Shown here in pieces: positions 47,419-60,129 of a stretch of DNA of 64,000 bases. Positions within the stretch are counted from its first letter, which is position 1. Every line of letters starts with the position of its first letter. A model generated the notes under the pieces. The model did no database searches, was not told where the DNA came from, and saw nothing but the letters and a program-made list of their open reading frames with translations. The position numbers were made by a program, and so were the translations under genes. Source of the DNA: Phoronis australis (Eukaryota; Animalia; Phoronida); NCBI GenBank assembly GCA_002633005.1, contig NMRA01000050.1, positions 389,353 through 453,352 of the forward strand, read 5' to 3'.

Positions 47419-49526
47419 TGCTGCAAAAATGGAGACCCGGTCTAACAACAATATCCTGGCCAGGGCCCTCAAGGGGTAAACTGTGCACTGATACTGAGTT
47501 GTCAAATGTTCTCTTGAATATTGTGTCTGGAAGCAAATTGTAAGTTATGTTTTATAATGTAGTCTGTGACAAACGCTCTAACTGGTTGCAGTCTGATCTT
47601 GTGTCACGTGTCAGTTGATGTAAAAGATGACCCAGGCTCATGGCAGTGAGGAAAGTACAGAAAGTCAATATTGCAGGCTTCATATTCAAACCACGTAACG
47701 AGCGTTAACTGCACAATACTTCACTTCGCTTTTGTGACTTTACATTGTGCACTTGCAATCAAACCTTTCTCTGAGGAGTTCAGTGGCCGGTTGCATGACA
47801 GTCCCAAATAGGGACTCAACTAAGATCACTAAATCTACTGATTATTTGAGGGCTTGTGAAAACACTGATTGTCCTATTTTATGCTGTTTGAGTATCATTA
47901 GTATGCCAATTTTTCACTTTGATTCAAGTCGAGAGAGAACTCTGGATTGAATTCTCAATATTATTGAAAATAAGTAGGGATCTTTTCATTCAACGCACCC
48001 AATTTAAGGAGTAAGTCCCTAAATGTTTTGATTTAATTAAGGGCTCAGTTTTTAGTTATTTTATAAGAAAATGCCATTAGTCAAAGAAGAGCTCACAATA
48101 AAGATAAAATTATAGAAAAAATATTACATAAGTGCCTAAAGAACGAAACAAATACGAAAAAGATTAAGGGAACTTAGTTGAGCCCCTATTTGGGACTGTT
48201 TCGTGCAACCGGACACAGGAGACTATTCAGATGCTGTGTCGTGCACCGCTTCCTCGCCTTTTAAATTGAACTCGGGACAATGTCGTGAGTCGTGGTACTT
48301 TCCAAAGCACAGCTGCGTTTTTATCACGCCCGTTTTTTTGGAAAAATGTCTTCTGAGCCCTGGACTGTGGAGTTGTGACATCGTGCGTTCCTTCCAGGAA
48401 GTGGTAACAATGAGACTGTTTAGTGCTGCTAAGTCTTGAAAATATTAAATGCACGTGCAAGGGCACGCAAATTAGCCATATTGGCCAAGGAATCAAAGGC
48501 CTCAGTGTTGGGGGACCTGGAACAGTAGACCGTGGCCTGACGCAGGAGGCCATTTCGTCATGATGGAGCTCTTTGGAAAATTTAGTGCAGATTTTTTTTA
48601 AGTATTTCATTTAAAAGGCTCTCTTCTAGACAGGAGACTGGGGGCAATTGCCCCCTTTGCCCCCTATAAATCCGGCACTGATTGTTGGCGTGCATCCCAA
48701 TCGGGCCACGACAAGCTGCAGATAGTGTAATCCCACAGTATTCAAGTACGCTAAATTTAGTTCTTAGTTGACGTAAGCGTAAGACTCTTATCAGAGCGTT
48801 TACTTAGTAAGCCAACCAACTAGAGCGACGTCTTTTGTGAAAATGTTATCAGAGCTCTTCTGCTCTCATCTCGGAAATAACTGGGCTACGTTCCGTAGAC
48901 GCGAGATCACGCACGTTTCCAAGAGGCACCACCATGCACAAGCGAAGCACGTGACCACACTAGCATTTCTCGCAAGAGGCATCTTGGGTCTACGAAACGG
49001 TAACCACAGATAGTGGGGTTGCTAGTGACTTAGGTCAGCTTTATCAGTTCATCATTCCTAATAGTTATCAGTTGTTAACTGCGTAGTACTATCTTATGTT
49101 TGTCTTCTTCTATGTTTTGGCACGGATTTTTTTCAAATAATTACATGCTTACTGCAAAACATTGTCATTAAAAGGTTTTCCCAGAAATTCTTTCAACTCA
49201 ATTCGAAACTATCTTGCAGGCAATTTATCACGTGTTGGCGTTTTCACATTCATGAAGGCACTGCAGATGGTGCAAATACTTTGTAATGAAAAAGTGCTAA
49301 ACTTTGTATTAATGCTGGTCTTGTCGTTTGTTACTGTACAATTAGCACTCCACTTTGTGCCAACAGCAAAAACACCCCCCTATTGTGTCAAGAAGCGTTT
49401 GTTTTCAAACTTGGCGCACACTCTTTAGGGTTGGTGGAGAAAGCAAGACGTTGCTTTTCTTTCAAACAATGGGGTCGTCAGGTCACTTTAACATATGTCG
49501 TGGTTTGAATGTGGGTCAAAAGTTAA

Positions 49527-52500
49527 GAGTGACTCCATATGAAAACCAACAGGTAGAGTCTATACCCAAAATCACCGATTTTTTTGAAACTTAGCACATG
49601 AGTTTGGTTTGTTGAGATGTAGAAAAACCTCACTTTTTAAGAATTATTTTTAAGATTATTTTTCTTTTTATGACCTGTACCGCCATTTTGCAAAATTGGG
49701 CGTCGAAGTAGGCATGTTTGAATGCATTTTACTAGCATGTGTGGTACGGTCTAAACAAATGAATGATACGAATTGATTGGGCAGTGGCTGAATAATTCAA
49801 TGGCAGAACTTTCAAAATCCATTTTCAAATTTGTGCGTTTTGAATTTGTGAGGCAAAAACGGCTATTTTTCAGGTTATCACTGAAGCCATTTTCGGCCAA
49901 ATTTGGCACTCTGTAGCAGCCATAACGCACCTTTCCTGAAATTGAATTTATAATAATTTGTTCAGTCATTCCTAACCTGTTCATAATCTAAAATAAAAAA
50001 TCTTGCCTCTAATGTAGTTTTTGCGTACGAAGCATTACACGAACCGCACTTCGTCCTTTTGCATGTTCTCAGTTGCCTCTGCTGGGGCTCTTGGAACATA
50101 TAATTAGCTTGCGAAACACGACATAAAAACCTTCTATTTTGGAGAAAAGGCAGACAGCATTATTAATTACCATTTTTGAAAACGGCATTGATGATTATTG
50201 CTTATTACAAAAAATATGTAACGTAAATCAACTGGCATCCGTGGTTCTAAATGATAGATGGCGCTGCTTTTGTTTACGTGGAGACCGAAGACCCATCCAC
50301 AATAAGAGCAGTAACACGAGGACCTTGCTGTAATTCAAGACTTCGCGAGATATTGCCATGCATTTTAAATGAAAACACGTGGTTTTAGATAAATTTTAGA
50401 GAGGTTCTAGCGTTACTGAACTCACCCCTGCCTTGTTTTCTATCTGCCTTGTTCGTGCCACAGGGAAATGAACGCACCCCGCCAAGGTGGATATGGCCCC
50501 CTTGTGTTCAGTGCAAAAAATCCTTCAACTTGTCAATAACCATTGTAACTTTGGGTTCATATTGTAATGTCCCTGCTGGTTGCTACAAATTTTAGCCACC
50601 AGTCGCCAGAAATCTGGTGTTCCACCCACACACCGGGCACCCAACGCTGAATATTTCTGCCAGTGTGATCATCAGTGGTATAAAAAGGTACACATTCACA
50701 GTCAATAGAAAATAATTCACGAGACACAATTTTATTAATGAATCATTCATGACAGACATGAAGTAAACAGAAGTAACGGTCTCGACTTCATATATCACAC
50801 ATCTTTGACTGGTATGCTACAAAACTAGGCTAAACGTTGAGCTCATTAACCACTTCATTCAGTAAATCTGACGACATAACAGCATCTTCAGCAGAAATAG
50901 CATCGTCATAAACATTGCCGCAGACAACCTCGAAAAAATCCACCAATCTGAGATTCACTTAATAACACAGGTAAACACTTTCCCCATGGGTTCTCGTAAT
51001 GTTTTCTCCGAGGGTGAACGTTTTTACCTGACTTATCTCCTTCATCGAATATGTTCGTCAGAAAGTTCTTAACCTTTGCTGAAAATCTTGTTGACCTTTT
51101 ACCTTTTTTCAATGCATTCGTCTCATCCAAATAGTACTCTGAGGCTGCCTCAAATGACGCTCCGGTTCTTGCATCTGAAAGCATTTCTGACCACTGTCGT
51201 GCGATGTGGTCATACGTGGTTTCCCTCTGTAAATGTTCGGTGTGGTTACCCACATCCAAATGCTGACCTAGTTCTGCGTCTGTAGCAAAAAAAATCGAGT
51301 AACCTTGCTGGGTACAAGGGAACTTTTGTTGAGGCTCTTCTCTAGATACAATGCCAACCTTAACTCTTGGTGTTGAAAATCCGCCATGTCTAGAGATGTT
51401 AGTGTATTTTAGAGAAATAGGATTCCCATTTTCTCAGTATTTGTAAGAACTTACCGTCACCTACATGGAATGATTTCCACACGCGAATTCCTTGGGTGGA
51501 ATAGTGGGAATTTGGGAATGTGCTTATACCAGGAACTGAGTATTTTGTAAAAGACTTTGTTACATTGACTGAACATGCATACACATAGCATCCCTTCACA
51601 CGACCACTGGAAAGTAATGCTTCTTTCAAATCCAGAAAGTTTATGATATTGTTACCTTCGGCTACAAAGAACTTTGCATTTTGTTTGAGTGGAGCGATCT
51701 TGCGATCACAGAGATCGTTTCTATTCTGATTTTAACTAAAGTCATATCTCGAAACAGAAATGCCGGTAGAATTTGACAAGGCTGCTACGTTCAGGAGGAG
51801 AGGAGCAGAGTGGTAACATCCAGCATTACCTGACTCTTCCATGACTGGGCCTGTTTAGTCAGAAATTCACCGACTATGGGTAGTACGAGTCCGTACTCTG
51901 GCACAGGCCTTGCTTTGTGAGGTAGTTTCCTGTATCTCAAATGTTCAGTGGTGTCTTTGACATAACTCACTAAAAGCACAAAACTTTTGTCATCAGATTT
52001 TTTGCAGAATAAACTCTAAAGGAACATGAAGGCCCATCGACATCGTCCGCCATTTTGTCTTTTTAAAATGCACTTGCTTCTCTCAAAACCAGCCATTACA
52101 AATATCAATTCTTACTCGTTTAATCTTAAAGGCATTTATTTCCATTTAAAAGTTCTACAGGGTGTTTAAATTAACCTGATAATGTAAAAGAAATGAAAGA
52201 ATACAAGAGGGTTACACGTACATTTTTTATGTATCCTCAAGCTTAACCTCAACTGACTCCCTCAGTGGGCAAAGGTCATCGGGTTCAGTTTTGATACAAG
52301 CCGTGTAATAAGCCCGGAAAACATCTTGCTTTCATATGACAGAGTTTAGACTTGGTGTCTATAACTATTTAAAGCAGACTTCTTGCCTAAAAGTTTGTTC
52401 AAATGGTCTGTAAACTCTGCTCGTCATTCCAAACTATGAAAATAGACAGTTTTGCAAGACAATTTTCACTAAAGTGCAAAGTTTAGGCAAGACTTTTTAT

Positions 52501-52980
52501 TGCTCAGTCATCAAGACTAACTCTTTAACTGTATGTTCAAAACGTCACATAAGGCTACAAGGTGTTTTATGGCAGTAAGAAGGTCACAAAAATGGCCACT
52601 AAAATTAGTTCCAAAAAGTGCATGGTCTGTGGATTATCTCCCCTGTCTAGCACAAAATTGTCAGATTTTAATAAATGACACAGAATTATTCACAGTATAC
52701 GTTGGTTATTTCAGCCACCAAAATATAGCTTTTGACCTATTTTGTATGTGACTCATTTTTGTTGCTGAAAACATGCGATTTTTAAGACGGCTAATATGCC
52801 TAATTGTGCCAATTTGTGTTATCATGCTCCAGCGGCGAAATTAGGGGTCATTGAGTGCTCAAAATTTGGCATTTGGGTTTATGTTAGGATACCTACCCAT
52901 GTACAAAAAATGAAGTTGTTTTAAATTTTGACGTATAGACTGATTTTTGAAAATCTACTGGTTTTTGTATGGACTGTCTC
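49527..52980 (-). mobile_element. Degenerate Sola3-like DNA transposon
   Basis: TTAA|GAGtgactccatatgaaaaccaacag ... ctactggtttttgtatggactgtCTC|TTAA (GAG...CTC ends, TTAA TSD) with a transposase relic inside. Confidence 0.75.
50906..51900 (-). pseudogene. Sola3-type transposase relic (C-terminal half)
   Basis: SGNAGCYHSAPL (~51820), RYDFS*NQNRNDLCDRKIAPLK...EGNNI....DLKEAL.S.GRVKGC, GIRVWKSFHVGDGK and RFSAKVKNFLTNIFDEGDKSGK...LSESQIGGFF. Confidence 0.75.
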
Positions 52981-54277
52981 TTAATTGGTTGGTGTGCTGT
53001 CCAATTCATGTTCCTGATGGTTTTTGAAGACACGGGGCTCTAAATATTGATTTCTGTATGTACAAATGTTCAAACATGTAGTCGTAAATCGTTTGCTTTA
53101 TTGGATAATTTCCCCAAGTGGACGTCTATGTTCAGATCGCATTTTTATGCCAAGTAGAAAGAAGTTGGCGTATTTACTGGAATATACTTTGCTTTAGACC
53201 GCGCATCATCAACCCAGTTTATCAGCGCGTTTTAGGTTACGAGGAGGTTTTGCCGTCAATGGCAAATCACCACTCATCACTTAAAATGGCCCAGTACGGT
53301 AAGTGGGTGACCCGAGGGAATTCTACACTAAATAACTCGTCGTGTGTGGCGAGCTTTACATTGCATACACTCAGGAGTAAAAATAATAGACATAACTCTA
53401 GCGCATCGCAATATAGTTGAAACTTGACTTCATCCAGTATGTGAGTTTCTCAATTACAGAGACATTTCCATATTGCTCACTAATCAGATTAATTGTAAGT
53501 TAGATTAGTATACCGGGTACCACACAACAGATACATGAAAGCTATCATACAATCAAACTATGCAGAGCACAAATTGCTACAAAGTTTTTTTTTTAGAATT
53601 TTATTCAATATAATAGGTGCAGTACAGATCACACAATTACAGATGCTTTTTGTTCTAGTCAAGGAACAGTTAAGGTGTTAACTTACAGTTAACACAGCTA
53701 CAAAGTTGGTCTACCATTCAAATACTGGGCCGCTTCTGCCAATTGCAGATTGCACCAATTCCATTTGAAGCTACTGCAAGGAAATTCGTGAGAACATTCT
53801 GTTAGTGTTAGCCAGCTTAGTTCATTTCATTGTTTCCATGATTCGATTGTAATTGGGGAGAGAATGCCCCTTTAAATCGTGACCCATTCTTGTCGCTGTA
53901 AGGCAGTTGACAGACATGTGCAGTGTTATCTTGCTCTCCACAGATAAATGCACTCATGTCTGATCTTATTTTTTGTCAACGTATGACGTTATCAACAGCG
54001 TCATTCACAATTTGGCCCTCGAGACATTTCCGGTGCACTATTTCTTTTTCATTCTGAAGTTCTGTTTTTGTAAGTTACAAACTGTTTTTTCAATAATAGT
54101 CAAATTATATTTCTCTCTTACATATTTCCCGATACACAATTTATTGTTGTTCAAGCACACAAGGTGTGTCTCAAATTGTCCATACTACGACAGCAATTGG
54201 TATTAATATCTGTCCCAAATAGATCATTCGCTAACGTCATCACAATAATATGTATTCATGGATATCATCTTTAACTA

Positions 54278-54534
54278 CATGCGCGCACCCAGGGGGTTCG
54301 ACGAGCCACCCCCTCCCCCATTTGGCGAAGTGGGAAAAAAGGTCTGCATCAGAGAAACAAAAAGTCCGAGAAAACGAGACAAAAGTCCACTAAAAAAGAC
54401 GCAGATGCACAGTTCACGGTTCTGAAGGTGGTACCCGTTTTTTTTTTATTAGTCCTCCCGAATTTTTGTCAGCAAAAGGTCCACATCGACAGAAAATTCG
54501 AGCCCCCCCATTTTCAAAGCTGGGTACGCACATG
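54278..54534. mobile_element. MITE with 15-bp TIRs flanked by AACTA direct repeats; partial inverted copy at 55221-55320
   Basis: aacta|catgcgcgcacccag ... ctgggtacgcacatg|aacta. Confidence 0.65.
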
Positions 54535-57500
54535 AACTATCCCGCGCACAAATCTAAGGCTAGCTTGAAATCGTACGCGCTCTCAGGCCATATACCGGAA
54601 ATGACAGTTTTGTAAAACGCGTCTTCGTCATAAGTAGAAAAAGGATTGTTAATCCCAGTTCTTCCTCGTAATTAATCGCGTTAGTCATCTGCTTGTCAGC
54701 GCATTATCTCATGTGCCTACAACAAACTGATAATGATTTTTCAAATGAAACCTCAATTATATGGTATTTAACCTGGTACAACCCCTAAAATACCTGAACG
54801 TTGCCTTCGCAATTTGCATGTGCCTCGCCCATTACGTGAATTTAATAACACTATCTATTTCAGTTTGTCAGTAATAAATATAAATGACAGGCGAAGACAT
54901 GTGATAATGAACCAATGCAAATATAAGTGATAACAAACATGCAAGTATGATTGTCAAAAAAACAATGACAAAGTAGACCCCCAAATGAAAAAGTCCGTCC
55001 TTCCCAACGCAACCACCATCCTTCGATCGTCCTTCACTGGCAGAACGAAAATCTCCTTGTGTGTATTTAGGTTGTGCAAACTGCAAAACTTATTTTGCTC
55101 AACAGGGGCTTCGAGAACCTTCTTAGCCGGAATTCGAAAATATACATGATTGTGCGTACTGCATGATTGCGTAACAGAACTACACAAACCAACGAGTAGT
55201 TCAATTACTTTTACTAGCTAATGCGCGTACCCAACCTAAAATACAGTGGGGCTCGAATTTTTCGGTATGTGGGCCTTTTACTGAATGAAATCGACGAGGA
55301 CTAAAAAAAACAGGGCCACTAGGTTCAAGCCCACGAATTGTGCATCCGCGCCGACTTCCCGAGGATTTTGTGGGCTTTCTTCTCGTGTGCTCGGAATTTT
55401 TGTTTCACTGAGGCGGACCTTATTGCCCAATTCGCCCCCGGTGCGTCCATGTTGATGGCTTGTCTCCCTTCTGCCCTTAGATTGAAATCTGTCACAAATG
55501 ACACGACAAACATAAAGTACATTTCCATTCGTGTTCTCGGTGAGAAGAATTGTGTGCGTAAAAAGATTTATGAGTTTGTTACTCTTTAAAAAATCCTATA
55601 CTGCAACCAAGTGTGTAAAACTCAAAAACTGACGATGTAGATTTGGTGATATAATACAAAGTATTGCTGTTTCGTGTCAACTGGTTCCTTTTCTATTTTA
55701 GTTTAGTGATGTGCCATAAATTAGTTGTGAGATTCTGAAATGATTTAATTATTTAACTTTATACACAATAGCGATTTCGATTTATGCTCTAGTCAGGAAT
55801 TGTAATTGTCAATTCGGCTAAACTGTAGTGTAGTAAAGATCTATGTGTGACTGCCAGCGGTGCACCAAAAAAACGACATTGTGTTGTTTCAAAATATATT
55901 TGCAAACATGTTGTTGTACAAAAGGCCTCCGGCCCATGTACACATTTATACAATACATTACAAAAACTTAAGTGATATGCATCGTCTTTACATTTCTTAT
56001 GTTATCGTATCACTACGTCGGTAACTGCAAATCGGAAATGTAAATGTGCAAAACGGATGATCGCTCAACTTAATTTTAAATATTTTAAGTAAAATTTCAT
56101 TAATTGACACCAGAAGGGAATGTCCGTTCTATTTTTGGCGTCATAAATGATTATCTCCTTCAACTTAATTTGGTGAAGAAAAGATCTCTTAATATTATAT
56201 TTACAATAGGATTGTCGCCTTTTCTTCGATGAGTTCATTCTCAGACCTGAGCCGCCTTCGGTATGAGGTAATTTGGCCCACATGTCGTAGTAGCATAGCA
56301 AGAATGACATTCTCAGGATTTCGGCTCTTCTTTTCATAGAAAACGCAACCTGGGGGTTACTTTGCTTAGCGTTAAACCAGGACTGCGTTCCGTAGACCAA
56401 GTCTCTTGCAAAAAGGCGAGATCACGCAAATCGAGCTCCCGCCATGCATTACAAAGGAAGCGCCTGAATACACTAGGTTTCACCTTCGATTGTCTTGCTT
56501 TGCGGAAATGGGCCCCTGCATCTGTCTTAATGTGTGACATTTGAAGAAAAAACTTTCAGTGAAGTACTGGTGCCATCCTTCTTTTGATCTTATTTTAGTG
56601 TATTTAATATTGATTTATTGTGATTACACTAGTGAGGGCACTGTTTTCGGTTGTAACACAACTTTCCATGGCTTTCCTCGTGAGTGCTAGCCGTTTTATA
56701 CTTAACAACTGTGACAGTTGTCAAACTCTGACTTTTGTATTTTTATCGATGGTTTTGTAGCAAGCATATTTGGAATCAGATGTCTTTGAAGTGTTTGTTT
56801 TTCAAATCGCGCGTTTAGCCTTTCTTATGGCAGGCGGCTCACAATGGTTTGAAATAAAATTGCGAAAATTCAACAAATAAACTTCTATGATGAATAGTTT
56901 TTGGTTCAAAAGGCAATTTGTTCAAATGCGGAAAATTTTCTGTGTTTACGGACTTTCTAGTTCAATTTAATTTTTCCTGTTTCATAACGGTTTATATGTT
57001 GTGATATTTTGTAAAATCTTAATTTTTAGAAATTCTTCTCCCCCGGGTATTGCGTGGTACATTTCATCACCAAGTGACGCTATCGAGAGGTTTAGAACTA
57101 AATAAAATCGCTGTTGTAAGAACATTGATAAGGGTTTATTTAACATGTTCAGTTGATATGAATAAATTGAGTCTGTGTACACACATGCTATGCGTGTTTG
57201 AAGAGTTTGACTCTTTAAAGCACTTACAATTATGAAAATCTATCAACACTGAGTTTGACTACCGTAAACTCGAACGACGCGCCGTGAAGTCTTGTCCGCT
57301 GATATGCCTTAGATAGGTTACGAAAGCTTGCTCGTATTGCAATGTTATACAAAATAAGATTTTACCAGATAAAATTAGGGATAAACAGCCCCATGGTTGC
57401 TGACGAAGCACATTTTGAACTACATGTCTATGTACAAAAGGTTACTTTTTATACTAATTAATTTTGTAATACAAGGCAAAATCTGTTGTTAAATAGAGAT

Positions 57501-57959
57501 CTACCTCGTCGCTGTTTTGGCCATCAAAGATATAATGAATGATTGCCATTAACTTTATTTTTGCCATGTTTTTAACTAACTCAAAATATTTTATCAACTA
57601 ATTAATGCACGTTATATTCACCCAATCTTAATAACATTTCGTTAAAACTTGTTATTTACATCATGCGTTTTTATTGGACCGTATTAATCTGAACAAAACT
57701 TTTTAAAGTTTCAATTTGGGGAAGACAAAAAAACAGTTATGACGTCGAGAAAATGAGAATCTCTGATTTGCCGAATGCGATGTAACTTCAGTATCTCCGT
57801 CGCCAATAAGTTGTCATAATGCAAACACATATTATTAATCACTAAAAAGAAATTCATGTATTCTGTGGTTTGACATGGGTCTTGATAAGTCAAGAATTTA
57901 AATACGTAATTCCTCAAACCAAAAGAACACGATAAGAAAGGAAGGGACCCAAGTCTTGA

Positions 57960-58065
57960 ATCACGTGATCTCCGAAATACAAAATGATTGGTGCAAATAA
58001 GAAAAGTTTTGCTAACTTATCTTTTTGCTGCCTCTGACAGACGGGCCGGTTTGTTTAAATATCCC
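57960..58065 (+). promoter_or_regulatory. Putative promoter of the 58201 gene
   Basis: CACGTG E-box at 57962, ATTGG (reverse CCAAT) at 57987 and TATA-like tttaaata at 58054, about 145 nt upstream of the ATG. Confidence 0.35.
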
Positions 58066-58200
58066 CATCACAGAAACTTTGTCAGAAGCCAGCCGCAAGC
58101 GGCCAAGAACCTTAGAAAGCAAGCGGCGAAGCATCCTGTCGGTTTTGTCAAGTCGCAGGCAGACGAGACAAGAAGACGACAGAAACGACAAACTAATAAA

Positions 58201-58262
58201 ATGGCACTTCTCCGTGCCTTGGTATTTTGCTGCTTAGTGGCCGGTACACTACAGCTCACAAG
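58201..58262 (+). CDS. First coding exon (signal peptide) of an unidentified secreted or membrane protein
   Basis: aaaATGG context; MALLRALVFCCLVAGTLQLT(S/R); donor AG|gtgagg. No downstream exon recognised in the window. Confidence 0.65.
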
Positions 58263-59970
58263 GTGAGGAATTTTTGGACGTTTATTTATTTTTAAAGTAT
58301 TGTAAACAACTTAATGCTCCATCCTTTATTCAATTGATGCAAATATGTGCCAAATCCCTAATGTTACCAGAACGTATGCAGATCTAAAGAAATTAACTTA
58401 CAAGAAACTATTCACGAAACATGTGTTTGAGCGTGTATTTATTATTCCAAGACATGTGCACGAATACAGTGTTCGCATGTTCTCCCGCTGCCGTTAACGC
58501 ATACCGATAAGCTTTTTTGATAACAAAATAACACAAAAATCGGCTTAAAAATTTTCAGCTACAGTAAATCCCACATGTCACTTGCATGACTGAAGTGCAT
58601 CTCAGAAGGACATTTCTTAGCTCATATGATGGGATTACGGATCTTAGTGAAAGATAAAATCTTTCCTGAGAAGGTACATGTAAAACTCAACTGATAAGAA
58701 AACATAAATAACCTAACACGCTATTTTCAGGTAGTGCAAGGTTTTCTATTCATACTGCTCAGACGTTCCAGCAATCCGTACAGTGCAAACTGATAAAAGT
58801 CAATAAATCGCAACACCGCGTGACTGGTTTGCTTTTTAACTCATGCAATGCACAGGCATAAGCAAAAATTGGTTTCGTATCATACAGTTGTTTGAGGTAT
58901 TTCGCCAAAAATACAGTTATAATTCTGTTTCATTTCGTTTTCTGAACGCTCGGCCATCCTTGTCTTTGAGTGAAGCAAACTGAGATGAACTTGGTAGACA
59001 GAGAAATGTAATTCACTACTATTACGAAAGGTTGAATGTTGATTAGAAATGTCGTCAGAATTGATATTACCGAAGCGTTTTCATTTTCCAGAGAACAGAG
59101 AAGAAACAAGAGAGCTGCTCTTAGAATTCGTGAGTTCATTCTTTTTATCTCTACCTAAAGACTTTTCTGACGATTTATTGCGAACAATTATCGTCGAGTC
59201 GTTATCTTTTTGAGCGATTAGATTTACATTCTCTTGTAAATTGATAAGATGGTGTTAACAGTTGCAAGACTACACGTAACTCACAGAGTCACGATGAATT
59301 AAATGAGTCCGATGTAGGCATTCGTGTCAATTTGTAACAAGCATGGGCTTCAAAGTTCTCATTTGAATAGGTCCAACTTAAGATTTGAGCTGAAGCCAGT
59401 AGAACAACACGCTAATAAAGAACGGTTTACATTTTTTATCTAAAACCTTTCTATGACCGTGTTAACTAAATAAAATTGTAAGTTCAATTTATGACACTGC
59501 GTGATTCTACATCGTGTTTTATCTTTCTTTTTTGTTTCTTAATAGCCACTCGGGCTTTATCAAGCCGCTGTTGTATGTGAAATATTTACCGCCTACGCAA
59601 ATGTCAGACCCTTCCCATGTTCTACCCCAGGGCTTCAGCCCACTGACTCTTCCTGCGGGGTTAGCAATGTGTATTTCTCACGTGACTTGGAAGGGGTTAC
59701 GACGCGACTGGTTAATAACACCGAGTACGTAATTTTTTATATTAAATGGGCAAATCACAAAGTAGAATCCCTTACGCTTTACATTTTATCGTCTGCAAAA
59801 CACTAATATCAACAACCAACCGCGCGCCAACTCGGCAAACAAAGCGGTGAAGGTGACAAGGTTGTGATTGACAAATCGGGTGTCGTAACTCTACGTACTC
59901 CCAGTTGGAAGGACATGCAATCAACTTCTTAAATGGCCCATTTTCGGCGGCGAATTCCATATCCACGTTC

Positions 59971-60129
59971 CATTGACGGATTTAAGGGGGGCCAAGGGGG
60001 CCATCCCCCCCCCCTAAAATTCTCTCAGCTTCCATTTGGCAGTGGGGGGTGCGAATGTCTGACGGGCAAAATCCTGACAAATACTCTGCTCTGCCCCCCC
60101 CCCAACTCAAAATCCTGGATCTGCCCCTG
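59971..60129. mobile_element. Short hAT-type MITE
   Basis: cattgacggatttaagggggg ... aaatcctggatctgcccctg; related ends at 39818 (caggggcggatccag) and ~48640-48680. Confidence 0.5.

Noticed and set aside
53690-54200. Cys-rich (PHD-like) coding remnant on the minus strand
   Set aside because: Many stops, and I could not reconstruct the Cys/His spacing.
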